Shown piece after piece: positions 28,801 to 41,339 of a DNA stretch of 64,000 nt. Location of the stretch: contig NC_068981.1 of NCBI RefSeq assembly GCF_001194135.2, forward strand, positions 99,303,900 to 99,367,899, in the 5' to 3' direction. Position 1 is the first letter of the stretch; the number at the start of each line of letters is the position of its first letter. The notes below the pieces were generated by a model, which was not told where the DNA came from, searched no databases, and worked only from the letters and a program-made list of their open reading frames with translations. A program made the position numbers and the translations under genes. This DNA comes from Octopus bimaculoides. Taxonomy: Eukaryota.

Positions 28801-30481
28801 TTCAGTTCATCAACCTTTGATCATTTGACTGCTCCATTTATGTTATTGTACAAAGTGCTTATGGGTGTATACATAAATTAAATTTCTCCATACATTCAGT
28901 GCCAAATAAATTCATGGAATTTTTTCAACACATAAGCATTAACATTTTTGGTTCGACCGTTGAACATTATATTACAAACAGGTTCACCCCTAAAATATAA
29001 TTTTCTTCCCGTAACACCATATGCTCTTTTGTTCTAACTACATAATTTTGGTTTACCCATTTGTTTTCTTACTTATGATTGTGATATCACTTCCCATATC
29101 TAATTGCATTCTGATACTAGTATTTTCAATTCTCACTTTCACAAATTTTCTGTTTGTTGTAATCACAACTTTTCCTTCTGACAAACTATTTTTTCTTGTT
29201 TGTTCCATTTTCCTATCATTCTAGTTTTGCAGTGTGATTTTATGTCCTGTAAATCTGTAGTGAAAACACTTTGCTTTTTTTATACAGACAATCTTTTTCC
29301 AGGTGCATCCTACCACATGCCATACATGGGTCTACATCCTGATATTTTTCTATTTTTTTGCACTGGTCTTATGTGGAAACACCCTTTCCGTTGAATTTCT
29401 TCTGTGTTTTGTCTTAATTTTAATATCTTGTCGCACTCTTCTGACAGTTTCTGCAATGTGAAATCCTGGTTCATTTCCAGTTTTGATAGAATTTTTGTTC
29501 AGATTTCTACATTCCTTCTATCAATCCTTGTGCAAAAATCAAACACTTGAAAAAATCTGGAGTAAGCATATCTAGCTTAAATCTCTCACATTCTTGACTC
29601 TGCCTGTGTAAATAGTGAAGTCTCCATCTTCGCTGTTTTTTAGGTTTAAACATTTCCATTTAGTATTAAACAATGAACTCTTTTCACTAAACATTTTGTT
29701 CCAAATTTCAACAGTGTTGGTGAAATTTATGTCAGATGCTTTTTTTTTTTTTTTTTTTTTTTTTTTTGGCAATATGAAGTTACTACATCTCATGCTCTAC
29801 TGCTACTAGTTTTCTTAAAACTAAACAAGTTTTCCTTTCGTTCGTCCAGTCTTTACATTCCTTTTCAAAAATTTGTTGAAATCTTCAAAAGTAAGCCTCA
29901 AAGGTTACTCCTTCTTTGGGGTCATATTTGAATTTGCTTATGGAATTTGCTACATGGTCTGGTGAAAATGTATTCTCCAGATTGGTTATCAACTTCATTT
30001 TGGTTATCAACTTCATTAAGTGTAACATTTGCTGCTGCAATCCTTTTTGTTGTTCTCGTTCCTTGAGTTGTTGTTGCTGTTTTTGCAGCTCAACTATCAC
30101 AGCTAACAAGTCTTCCATATTTTACAATTTTCGTTAGTTTTCACATGAATTTCTATTTTTTGTCGAGGTATTTAATTTTCCATGTGAATTAGTTTAAACT
30201 CTCCATGTGAATGTTTTTTATTTCCACTCCGTGTAAATTTGTTTTTCCTCATCGCCACTGCTGTATCTCTTTTGATGATTGTTGTCGTTCTGACAGATAT
30301 TGTTATATTCCAAAGTCGTCAATAGAATGGTTCTATCTGGCACTGTACAACCCCCAGTCGTACAGTGTTATTATCCTCAAAAGGTTTGAGTGTTATAATG
30401 TAATCTCAACATTTCTGACCTTCTCTTGTCAATTTATAATAGCTAGCTGCTATCACTTTTTACCAATAGGGGTGTACAACA
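25875..30481 (-). mobile_element. Decayed full-length Ty3/gypsy LTR retrotransposon (Mag/K02A2.6-like), antisense in AHCY intron 6
   Basis: Two similar LTRs (25875-26146 TGTTGTAT...ATACAACA; about 30259-30481). PBS TGGCGATGAGGAA at 30245-30257 and PPT AAAAGGGGAGA at 26147-26157. Broken gag (29885-30118), RT (WAAPAVHV...RVCADFS..LN..L..H.Y.LP, 28404-28601) and integrase C-terminal part (26545-26760). Many frameshifts; no matching TSD seen. Confidence 0.88.
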
Positions 30482-31055
30482 GGTTATCAAACTAGTCATG
30501 GTGTTGTCATTAATACAATAAAATCTCACATGTGCTGATATACTGGTATACTTTTGTTTCTCACCAGCTGTCTATCTGACTATATAAAACTTTCTTTCAT
30601 GTTGGGTCCAGTCCTGTATTAATTGTAGCCTTGCTTTATTTTCATATAGTTCTGACCTCTTACTGTCTAATAAACTGACTTTTTCTGCATCCCAAGTTTA
30701 ATCTCCCATATTGACTTAACTATTCTTCTAGGTAGATCTGAGCAAAAACTGCAGTAATAATCTGATTACAATTCATTAGATTTAAGTTGGGTTTCATGTA
30801 ACACACTAACTATATTACACATAGGGTCAGTATTTCATATTAACTTGTCTGTTTGAATAGTGCTTGTCTACTATGTTAGAACTATATGAATTTAATTTTA
30901 ATATAGTGGCACAGTGAATGCTAAGTCAGGTTGCTGGACTTGTTTTAGAGTAACTGTGCTTAATACAAGGAATGCTCTAACATAAAGAGCATCTGTCCCA
31001 TGCAAATATGGAAAAATAGATGTAATATAGTGAAAAACAAAAACTTTTTTTTCAG

Positions 31056-31261
31056 GATATGAAGTTACAACTATGGATGAAGCATGTAAAATTGGACGTA
31101 TCTTTGTAACAACTACTGGCTGTCGTGATATCATTACACCAAAACACCTCGTGGAAATGCCAGATGATGCTATTGTTTGTAACATTGGCCATTTTGATGT
31201 TGAAATCGATGTTAATTGGTTAAATAAGAATTCAGTGGAAAAAGTGGTTATCAAACCTCAG
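31056..31261 (+). CDS. AHCY: AHCY coding exon 7
   Basis: tttcag|GA TAT GAA...CCT CAG|gtaaac. [26 protein letters not shown]...[15 protein letters not shown]...KPQ. 206 nt, ends in phase 0. Confidence 0.97.
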
Positions 31262-32004
31262 GTAAACATTTAGTTTTAATTAAGTGCTTTCTTTTATAAT
31301 TTTTTTTTTTAACTGGCATATGTATCATTGCTGTGAGGTTAGGGTAGTAATTTACTGAGGCCAGGGTTGTGATAAACCCTGCCACAATTATTCCATTGAT
31401 ATGGTTTACAGCAATAGAATGATTCCAATACAAAATACTGATCTGTACATTAAATATAAATTTACCAATGGCGTGATTCCCAACTACACTGATACGCAAA
31501 ACAGTAAAATGCTGTCTCAACAATGCTCATATTTGCTGATTTTTGGTATTTGATTAATAGCTTTCTGGTTTTTAATTACAGTGCATCTTCACAAAAATAT
31601 TCAATATTCTGCCTGCATTTAAGCAGAAATCTGTTTAAAGTTAAGCAATATTTTAAGTATAGTTTTAGTTAGTATGCCAACAAGATCAAATAAAACTAAT
31701 GATATATTTAATAAGATGGTGTTGCAGTTTTCAGACAAGATTCTTTACACATTATTTTATATATCTTCATACAATAAACTTCTGAAATAACAGAAACACA
31801 AGCTAATGGCACTTTAGAAAATTGCTGTACAATAGAGACTGCTGCTGGCAATATGTTGGTTTGTTTACATTTGCTTCTAGATATTCCATATATTGTACAT
31901 CTATTTCTTTTATTTACTGTAATCCATTTACGTTCAGAATTAAACAGAATAAAAAAAAAAATGTGCCACAGCATGGCCAACATCCAATGACTGAAACAAG
32001 TAGA

Positions 32005-32237
32005 NNNNNNNNNNNNNNNNNNNNNNNNNNNNNNNNNNNNNNNNNNNNNNNNNNNNNNNNNNNNNNNNNNNNNNNNNNNNNNNNNNNNNNNNNNNNNNNN
32101 NNNNNNNNNNNNNNNNNNNNNNNNNNNNNNNNNNNNNNNNNNNNNNNNNNNNNNNNNNNNNNNNNNNNNNNNNNNNNNNNNNNNNNNNNNNNNNNNNNNN
32201 NNNNNNNNNNNNNNNNNNNNNNNNNNNNNNNNNNNNN
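32005..32237. other. Assembly gap (233 N) in the AHCY intron lacking an exon
   Basis: N run. Other gaps at 5488-5567, 11575-11993, 14364-14813, 40333-40342, 53182-53277, 54031-54450 and 57159-57168. Confidence 0.98.
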
Positions 32238-33699
32238 CTTTTCCTTTTGAGTCTAAAATTGTTACATCATTGTCAGTGTTAAAGAACTTGCTAATTATTT
32301 TAATTTTATATCAGATTCCTCGTCGCAATTTTATCACTTTTTAAGAAGTAGACTATTGAACCAAGCTGAATGGGTGTTCATTAATTTTTCTTGAGGAGAC
32401 CTACCCACGTCAGCGAAAGTGAGTTCTAGAAGCACTGTGTCTCACCCACACTTAACAAGAAAACTTCTCACTCTACCACAACAAACCAAACTGTCTCTAC
32501 ATCTCTTCCTCACATTTCTGTTTCATGCACTATGCTTACTTCCCACTCCCCAATCCTGTCCTCTTGGCCCTGTGCCACTGTATCATTGCTCTCTGCTCGC
32601 CTCCAACCTGTGTCTTCCACCCACATGTAACAAGAAAACTTTTCACTCACCCTACCCCAACAAACCAATCTACACCTCCACATCTCTTCATATTTCCTCC
32701 TTCATACACTATGCCTAGATCTCACTCCCCAATCCTATCCTCATGTCCCTGTTCCTCTGTATCATTGCTATCTGGTAGCCCCCACCTCCATTTATATATA
32801 CCCAGGTTTACGCCCACTCCTCCTCCTCCACACACTTTAATCACACCTCCTCTGCAATATCCTGCCACTTACACTATGGCGTTCAAACCTCAAGGATATG
32901 CCCTAGCACTTGCCACCATCTATATCTCTCTCTTCCTTTACTCAACCATTTCATTTATATTCTGATCCCCATCCCTTGTGAGTAAGCCTGGCATTTTACC
33001 ACCACCTCTATCCTGCTGTCTCCAACTATCTTTCTCTCCTTCTACACTTCCCTCAGGTTGGGTAACCTTGTATTTCCTTTGCAGTACTGCACCTGTTTGT
33101 GTTTTCATTCCTGATTTCTCTCTCTTTCTAGCTGGGTAACCTTGTATTTCCTCTACAGCAAGACACCTGTCTCTGTCTCACTATATAACCTTTCATCATC
33201 CGACACAAGATTACCTCCTCCAATGCCCCTTTCTCTTGAAAGGTTTTTTTTTCTTGTCTTGCAAGTACTTGGTGGCACTTAAAAGCACCCAGTCCACACT
33301 GTAAAGTGGTTGGTGTTCCAAAGGGCATCCAGTTTGCCAAAACTGACCTTGCCACATAAAAAGTACTAAGTCCATTTTTACTGAGTGGTTGATATTAGGA
33401 AGGGCATCCAGCAGTAAAAATCCTGCCAAAACAGTCACAGAAGTCTGGTACAGGCTTCTGCTTGGCCAGCTCTTGTCAAATCATCCCACCCATGCTAACA
33501 TGGAAGATGGACGTTAAACAGTGTTGATGAATTTGTGAATAATGGTGTCATAGCCCATAGGTCTTTAATAGACTAATTACTTGCTCACTGTACATCTAGT
33601 AGCAAGAGTGACAAGTGAGCAAAAACATGTTAATGTAGATATATATATATATGTCTGCTTGTTTATAGCCTAATTCTTTATTTTCCTTTTCATTTTTAG

Positions 33700-33831
<132 letters not shown>

Positions 33832-33987
33832 GTTATAACAAATTAATCCATTATCAAAACTCTTATAGGGAAAGGGTATTTTATTTTGGTTCTAGTATAT
33901 TTTTATTTGGCATAAAATAACTCTTGAAATAATGGCATTACACTTGTTTTGTGGCAACATTGCCATTTGTTTCAAATGAACTTTCCA

Positions 33988-34026
<39 letters not shown>

Positions 34027-34255
34027 AAGATTAACAAAAAATATTGTTTTGGATTATAAGTTTGTTTTTTTATTTTTATGGTAATACCAAATGGTTCAGT
34101 GGCTGCTATATATTTGATTTATTACACTATGGGACCCAAGCAAAACTAGGATTTGAATATTTTCTGTAAGCCTCAGTATCTCCATCCAGATTTGCTAGAG
34201 AAATTTGTTATATCTACAAAGTGTTCAACACACTTATGGCATAAAATTCTAAATG

Positions 34256-34346
34256 AATAAATTGTTTTTTAATGTATTTTTCTTAATATTTTGGGCAAAT
34301 ATTAAAAAACCCTATGGTGCAAAAATCGCAATTTTTTTCTAATAAA
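34256..34346 (+). terminator. Candidate AHCY polyadenylation signals
   Basis: AATAAA at 34256-34261 and 34341-34346, about 430-510 nt after the stop codon. Confidence 0.4.
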
Positions 34347-34739
34347 AAAAAAAGCTAAAACACTAAATTCTTGATTTTAATTTTTTGTTTTGGTGAAAGA
34401 ACTTCTATTCAAAGTTTTAGAAACTTCTTGGATTGACTATTTTCATGCTATTCTGCATTGCATTCAAAGAAATTTTCAAAAAAGAAAAGGAACGTACCAT
34501 TTCAAGATCTAGGACTAATAGAGCCAGTTACTTGGTTTCCATGATGTATAAGTGATAGAGCTAGCATTTCCCCTGGCTGGGATTTCAGTCCATCGCAAGA
34601 TTATCCATTTACAGCTGAGTGGACTGGTGCAACTTGAAGAATTTTGTTCAAGAACGAAATACATTACCCAGTCCAGCAATTGAAATTCAGTTTTGCAATC
34701 TAACTCCTAAGTACCTTCACAAAAGGAAAGAAAAATATC

Positions 34740-35640
34740 CATATTGTATGAGAACTAAGTTATTCACTGACCTGCTATAATGCCAAGTCAAAGAATCAGA
34801 TGGCTCATCTGTAACTGATGCTGCATTGTTCATGGTCAGAATATTTAACTTTCAAAAAAGAGAAAGAACGAGTTTCGGGCATTTGTCCTTGAAACTGTAA
34901 AGTCTTGGTGCAGACAAGCTGTTATAAGAAAATGGGTTGATTTAATTATGTCATTTGTTTTACGTGGTTCTCAGAGTCTTTTAGTCTGGGATCCGGCCAG
35001 TACTCACCGTGCAAAAGATATAAAAACTTTCCTTTCTGAAAGAAGGATTGACCACATGATGATTACCGCGGGAATGACTTCATATCTACAAACATTAGAT
35101 CTTATAATAAACAAGCCTTTCAAGGATTATTTGCGGATGGAAGTGAATCAATATATTGAACATAGAATGGAGAGAAATCGGTGTGGAAACTTTGTCAAAC
35201 CCAACAGCCAAGAAGTCGTTAATTGGGTGAAGAATTCATGGAATAAAATTACCAACAGATGTGTTGCCAATGCATTATGAGCAGAGTACTTAGACAAAAA
35301 GTGTTTATTTAAGGTAAGTTATATTGCCAAAAATAGGAGACCGGGATCTATGATTCTATGGGAAATAGATTTACAAGAAATTCAGTCTGAAGTTCAGGGT
35401 TTGATGATTTATGATGTTCCAGAAGAGGAGGAAATGTTTGTACTTGACTAAAAGCAATAAGCAAATAAATAAACTTTTGATAACTGAAAACATGGAATTC
35501 CTTTTACATGAGGACATGAGACTTCTTTGTTTTCCTTGGATTTTTTTCCACAAAAATATAAGACATCTTTCGGAAATAAGCCCTAGTGTGTTTTACAGAT
35601 GCAAAATTAATATAAGACTGGGTCTTATTTTCAGGGAAAC
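34740..35640 (+). mobile_element. pogo/Tigger-like DDE_1 transposase fragment
   Basis: ORF 34948-35280 LLVWDPASTH...AGMTSYLQTLDLIINKPFKDYLR. Terminal GGTCTTATTTTCAGGGAAAC near 35620-35640. Confidence 0.75.
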
Positions 35641-37816
35641 CTGATATTCTTTGTCAGATTCATACATCTTGACAAGGACTGTCTGACAGTTTGTTAATTT
35701 GTGTAACTTCAGTTGTCATTATGAAAAAGTTAGTTCTGGCAGTCACAAGCTAATGTAATCAATAAAGTAAACAATAAAATAGTATCCAAAAACTACTTGA
35801 TTTATATATTGAAGAAATTCATTACACAAAAATGTTATAGAATTATGTTGGGATTTTAACTTGGTCACAACATTCCAATGGATTGACAAACTTGATTATA
35901 TTTGATATTGACTGTAAACATATGCAATTAAGTGAAATCAACTATAAGTTTGTGTGTAGCTTAATATTTGGTAAAGAGTAGTAGTGCATGATGTAATGTA
36001 GCTCAGATGTGTTGTGAAGTTTCAAAATATTACATGTGCAGTGTTATTCCATTATAATATGTTGGCGTCATTTGACAGTGGTCATGCTGGAGCACCACCC
36101 ATTTAGTCGAAGAAATCTACCCTAGACTTATTCCCTGTAAACCTGGTATTTATTCTATCAGTCTTATGCCGAACAGCTAAGTTATGGGGATGCAAACACA
36201 CCAACATTGGTTGTCAAACAATATAGGTGGTGAGACAAACACATAAGAATATAATATATATATATATATGATGGGCTTCTTTCAGTTTCCATTTACCAAA
36301 TTCACTCACAAGGCTTTGGTCGGCCCAGAGACTCTTTAAAGTATAGAGTTGAATTTTGTGTAGCCCCCTGTTGGCAACTTTTCTCCCTCACCCATTTTGT
36401 AGGGGGTATTACCCAATTTTCTGGGCTCTTTTCACAGCTATACCCCATTCAAAATTTGCATTAGTTTTTGTATGAAAAAAAATGGAAGGGAGCAGGGCTT
36501 GTTTGTAGAGAAAATGTTAGATGTGCCTGAAAGAAAAACATGGTCTTTCCTTTCCCTGCCAACTAAAAGATATGAAGAACTATGAAAGGTGAATAAGTAC
36601 TAGGGGTGGGAGAAAGAAGTGAGAACAGTTGATCGTTCTAGAACTCCCAGAATAAAAATGTAAACACCTGAAAGACTTTCTCTCTATTCATTACTAAATG
36701 TCTTACCTTCTTCATTGTTAAAAGTAAAGAAGCTAGAAAAGATCGATCATATTTTAGTCACTGTAAGCAGTGAAACCTAAGATGAAATAATTGCTATTTC
36801 ATTGTGTATTTGTCCTTGACTCACGCCCAATTTGATAACAGCCTGCACATCAATGTTTACCTGGGAGCTTGGCCTCCAGATCTGTGAGACCCCAAAATAC
36901 TGCTGTTAGGACCAGATTAACAACTATAGTGACTAAAAAGATTTTCCTGTCCCTATATAGGATCTTTTTTCATTTTCTTCCAACCACTTGAAGGTCTTGC
37001 TCCAGTTCAATCAGCTGGCCAAAATGAGTCGTAGCTGTAATTGAAAGGGGCCAGCCTTGTCATATTTTGCATGAGGCTGAATCTCCTTGAGAACTACGTT
37101 AATGATCTGCATGTCTGTGGATTACTCAGCCACTTGCAAATTAATTTTATCCTCGTGTGGTAATAAAAAGTGAAGGTGACAAACAATATTTGCTGTGTCT
37201 CTGTATCAACTTTTCTTTGGATCTATGTATCTACTGTCTTTCTCTCTTTCTCTTCCTGTGTCCCTCCTTTCTCCCACTTTTAATTTAATGATGTGTGTAT
37301 GTATCTATGTATCAACTTTTCTTTCAATCTAAGTAAATATTTTTCTTGCGATGTGGCTATGTAGCTATTTTTCTTGTTTAAAAACACAAAACGAATGCCG
37401 TCACCACTCACTGTATCTTTCACTCTCTTTCTTACTTCCTCTCTCCGGCTTTGTCACTCACTCCCTCTTTTGAGGTAAGTGCAACACACATAACAGGTAC
37501 GTACAAAAAGAACAAGTTGGCATATTAATATTATTGATACATGCATATACATACATGATTGAAAATTAAATTTTATTTTTTATTGCCACAAGAGTAATCT
37601 CCCATGAATAATGCTGAATAATGAATTGATAGCGTCGATCTATTGACTTCTGGCTGTGATTTCTTTTTACTGAATAAAATAAAGGCACCATTATTTTAAG
37701 GGAAATGCCTCAACAACTGACCATTTTCCAGTATGAAGAAAAAACAGAAATCAAAATTAGGAGTCAACAGATTTTTGACTTTCACAAACGACAGTCTAAT
37801 TTGAAGCTCTGAGACT

Positions 37817-38235
37817 TCAATCCTTTTTTTCAGATTTTTTTTTTAGTTTTGTTTTTTCCTCTGGTTTAATGTTCACCATCTGTGTTTTATCAGTTTTGGC
37901 TACATGTTCCGCACTAGTTGGATAAGATGTTAAGCTAGACATGGCAGAAGACTTTGGTCTTGCTGAAGGAAAACCTACAGGTTCATCTGGTTCGTTACCA
38001 ACATTGCTATCAGATAGTGATAATGTACTCATATTGGAAGTGATATCAGCATCTTCAATAATAGTTTCTAAGCTTACTGAGAAGTCAGAGACTGAATCAT
38101 TCTCAAATCTCTGAGTGAGAAATGTTTCCACAGTTGAACCAGTACTACTGTGCTTTAAACATGGGTAGTAGATAGATCGGTTTCTCCGACGTTGTGGATG
38201 AACACACCTTTTCTGCAATCCTGAAGGACCATATA
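37817..38235 (-). CDS. SHFL: SHFL homologue last exon with extended tail
   Basis: ctacag|TA TAT GGT...GAT TGA. (V)YGPSGLQKRCVHPQRRRNRSIYYPCLKHSSTGSTVETFLTQ...KLKKKSEKKD*. The CxHP and HxSxGSTV motifs match SHFL. Minus-strand AATAAA at 37572-37577 and 37579-37584. Confidence 0.88.
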
Positions 38236-39324
38236 CTGTAGATAAAATAAGAAAAGAAAGGATGATTATATAAGCAAACTTAACTGCTGTTAGTCATATT
38301 ATTTTTCTTATTTAAATAGAATCTAACTATTCTGATAATGTAGAATGACTCAGATGACAACATACACCTTCCTATCCTACTTGATATTCTCTATCATAAT
38401 ATTTATGTTTGCTGGTTTTGCTTTGACATTTGCTCATCATTTTCTCAAAGTTATTAGACATGTCACTGGGTTTTTACACTTAACTTGTTATGTTCTCCAA
38501 GAGTTTGTTCAGAGGTACATATAACTTCACAAGCTGGTCAACCAGGTCATGTAAGTTACAGAAAGAGTTGAAATGCAGTTTGGCTTTATGCCTAGGAAAA
38601 GCACTATTGATACCACCTTCCAAGAGAGGTAACTGTAAAAGTGCATGACCAGGAATAAGCTAATATATAACTAGTATTTGTCAACCTAGAAGAGGCCATT
38701 GACATGGTTCCATTCTGTGATTTGGTGGTCTCTGAGGAAACCAGTGTTAAATGAATGGCTTATGAAAATATAAGCCATGTAGAGAGGTGCAGTTGACAAG
38801 GTGAGAATCAGCAATGTATTCAGTAATGAAATTAGTGTTCAGATAGGGGTTTGATAGAACTTTGCCCTAAACCTTCTCTGTTCATTCTAATCTTTCAAGC
38901 TATAAAAGAGGTGTTTAAAACAGGCTGTCTATTTGAACATTGCTGATCATGAGAGCTATAAAAACTTGGTCAACAGCAAGTGAGGAAGTAGACTTCTCAT
39001 GAGGCAAATGCACAGGGACATGAAGCACTACAAGTTTGCAGGAAATAGGTTATATCAAATATCCAAAAGATTGCCTAGAAGGAGCTTGTTATCCTGGTGA
39101 TCTAAATAACAGTGGGGTGGGGTAGGATGGTTTGAAAGCACAATAGGCAGAGTAAGAACAGTCAAGAAGCCTAATCCTATACTTTGCTAGACATTAAAGG
39201 GCTCCTCTCTCAGAATTAAGGACAAATTGAACAGTGCATGTGCATGGTGAGATGTGGATCTTCAATGCAGGGTATTTGCAAAGACTATAAACATGCTTCA
39301 ATGAATGGGTAACACTACTGTGCA

Positions 39325-39357
<33 letters not shown>

Positions 39358-39388
39358 CATATACATACACACACACATATATATATAA

Positions 39389-39511
39389 CTAAACGTTTCA
39401 ACTACATGTACTTATCACACTACTAATAGTCTCCCTTACATGCATATGTTCACCAAGCATGTACAGGAAACTATTAGTAGCATGATAAGTACATGTAGTT
39501 GAAATGTTTAG
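39389..39511. repeat. 123-bp hairpin (55-bp arms, 13-nt loop)
   Basis: 49 of 55 arm positions are complementary. Loop at 39444-39456. Confidence 0.92.
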
Positions 39512-39588
39512 TAAAGCTGAACTCTTGTTGGATGGAGTAGTCTTTGTATTGACTCTTATGCAGTTAATTTCTTATATTTATATATATA

Positions 39589-40886
39589 CAGGAGTTGGAC
39601 AAAATAATGGAAACACCTTAAAATTTCAAACAAATTTATTTGAATATGGGGTAGGACTGCCTTTGGCAGTAATTACAGCTTGAATTCTGTAGTATGGACT
39701 TGTACAAAGTTTGAATTGTTTCCATTCTTCAGCTAAAACAGTTTCCAGTTCTTGTAGTGATGATGGTGGAAGATATCAACTCCTTACTTGTTTTTCTAAA
39801 ATGTGCCATAAATGTTCAATAATATTGAGATCTGGGGACTGTGGTGGCCAGATAAGATGTTCAACTTCACTAGAATGTTCTTCATGCCATTCAGTAACAA
39901 CTTTAGCTGTGTGAATTGGTGCATTATCATCATGAAAAATTGCATTTCCCTCTAGAAACAGTTCTGCAACCATAGGATGAATTTGATCAGATAAAATGCT
40001 TAAATAGTCTTGACTATTAATTCAGCAATGAAGGGAAACCACTGGTCCGGCAGATTTCCAAGATATAGCCGCCCCCCCGATCATCATAGATCCACCTCCA
40101 TGTTTAACAGTTGGAAGGAGGCAGTCTGGGTCAAATGCTTCTTTTGGCTGTCTCCACGCGTATCTTGGCCGGTGGTCGGAAATAAGGTAAAGGATGACGT
40201 GTCCGAGAAAATAATATTCTTCTAGGGACCAATTCTGTAGGTTTTTTACTCCACTCTAAACACTTTGCAACGTTTGTTTTTAAAAGTAGTGGTTTTCTGA
40301 TTTCAGCCCTCCTGTGAAATCCAGCTTTGTGCNNNNNNNNNNAAGTAGTGGTTTTCTGATTTCAGCCCTCCTGTGAAATCCAGCTTTGTGCAGCTCCTGG
40401 CAAACAGTTTTTGTGGAAACTGGGTTCTCAAGGCAGTCATTGAGCTCTGCAGTAATTTTGGGAGCTGTACTTTTGTGTTCCTTTCTAACAATTCATGTAA
40501 GAGTCCAACGGTCCCTATCTGAAAGTTTTGGTTTACTTCCGGAGTTTTCTTTTGACAAGGAGGTTTTTCCCTCTTTCTCAAAGGCTGTCATTACTTTTGA
40601 GACAGTACTTCTTGATACACCAAACATTTTGGCTGTTTTCATTATGCTAGTACCTGCCATAAAGCACCAACAATTTGACCGCTTTCAAAGTCCAATAGAT
40701 CTGTCATTTTAATTAACTTCTGATGATGATATCTGAAAAGAATCATCAATTTGAGCAAAACATATTAAGCAACACTAATAATAACTCCAAAAACAGAAAA
40801 ATAATCAAGCTTTTGACGATTTTATAGATATTTCAAAATTATGATGCTATGATCCTAGGTGTTTCCATTACTTTGTCCAACCCCTG
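39589..40886 (-). mobile_element. Tc1/mariner DNA transposon with both TIRs, in the last SHFL intron
   Basis: TIRs CAGGAGTTGGACAAAATAATGGAAACACCT and reverse complement CAGGGGTTGGACAAAGTAATGGAAACACCT, each flanked by TA. Frameshifted transposase containing FHDDNAPIH and WPPQSPDLNIIEHLW. Confidence 0.92.
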
Positions 40887-41339
40887 TATAAATACATGCA
40901 CACACATAGATATTTATAGTAAAATTGACAAAAAGAGTATAGTGAACTTGCTGTGATGTGTGGGAAATTTAACATTTCAGACAGTGTTCTTCTTCAAGGA
41001 AAATTTGAAAGAAGATAAGTAAATGATAGACAACAGAGTCTTCAAGTTAAAAGAAAGAAAAATGGTTGCAACTGATAAGAAATGCAGGACCACATGAGCT
41101 TCATATACCAACAAAGAGTGGCAGGAGAAACAGTGTGAAAAGGAAGAAAGAAAGAGTTGCAGAATGAGGAGAAGTGGGCAAAGTCGAGAGTGAGGTCAAG
41201 AGAAAAGAGAAAAGAGGAGGTGAGAGAAGGGTTGAAGGATAAGAAAGGGTTTAATAAACTAAGAGGAGATGTAGGTGTTGAAGGAAAAATGTTCATTTAA
41301 TCCTGTCAGTAACATGATGCCAAGTGTAAGGTAGGCCAT

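Noticed and set aside
28400-30120. A mechanistic link between the gypsy gag-pol junction and the neighbouring frameshift inhibitor
   Set aside because: The element is too decayed to read a slippery site, Mag-like elements often use a single ORF, and proximity implies nothing for a trans-acting protein.
32419-32965. 99-aa and 146-aa ORFs in the AHCY intron as the missing exon
   Set aside because: Low-complexity Pro/His/Leu-rich text from a pyrimidine-rich retroelement remnant with an internal repeat of about 180 bp; no AHCY similarity in the frames I read.
40284-40392. About 50-bp duplication inside the Tc1 element across a 10-N gap
   Set aside because: Same contig-overlap signature.
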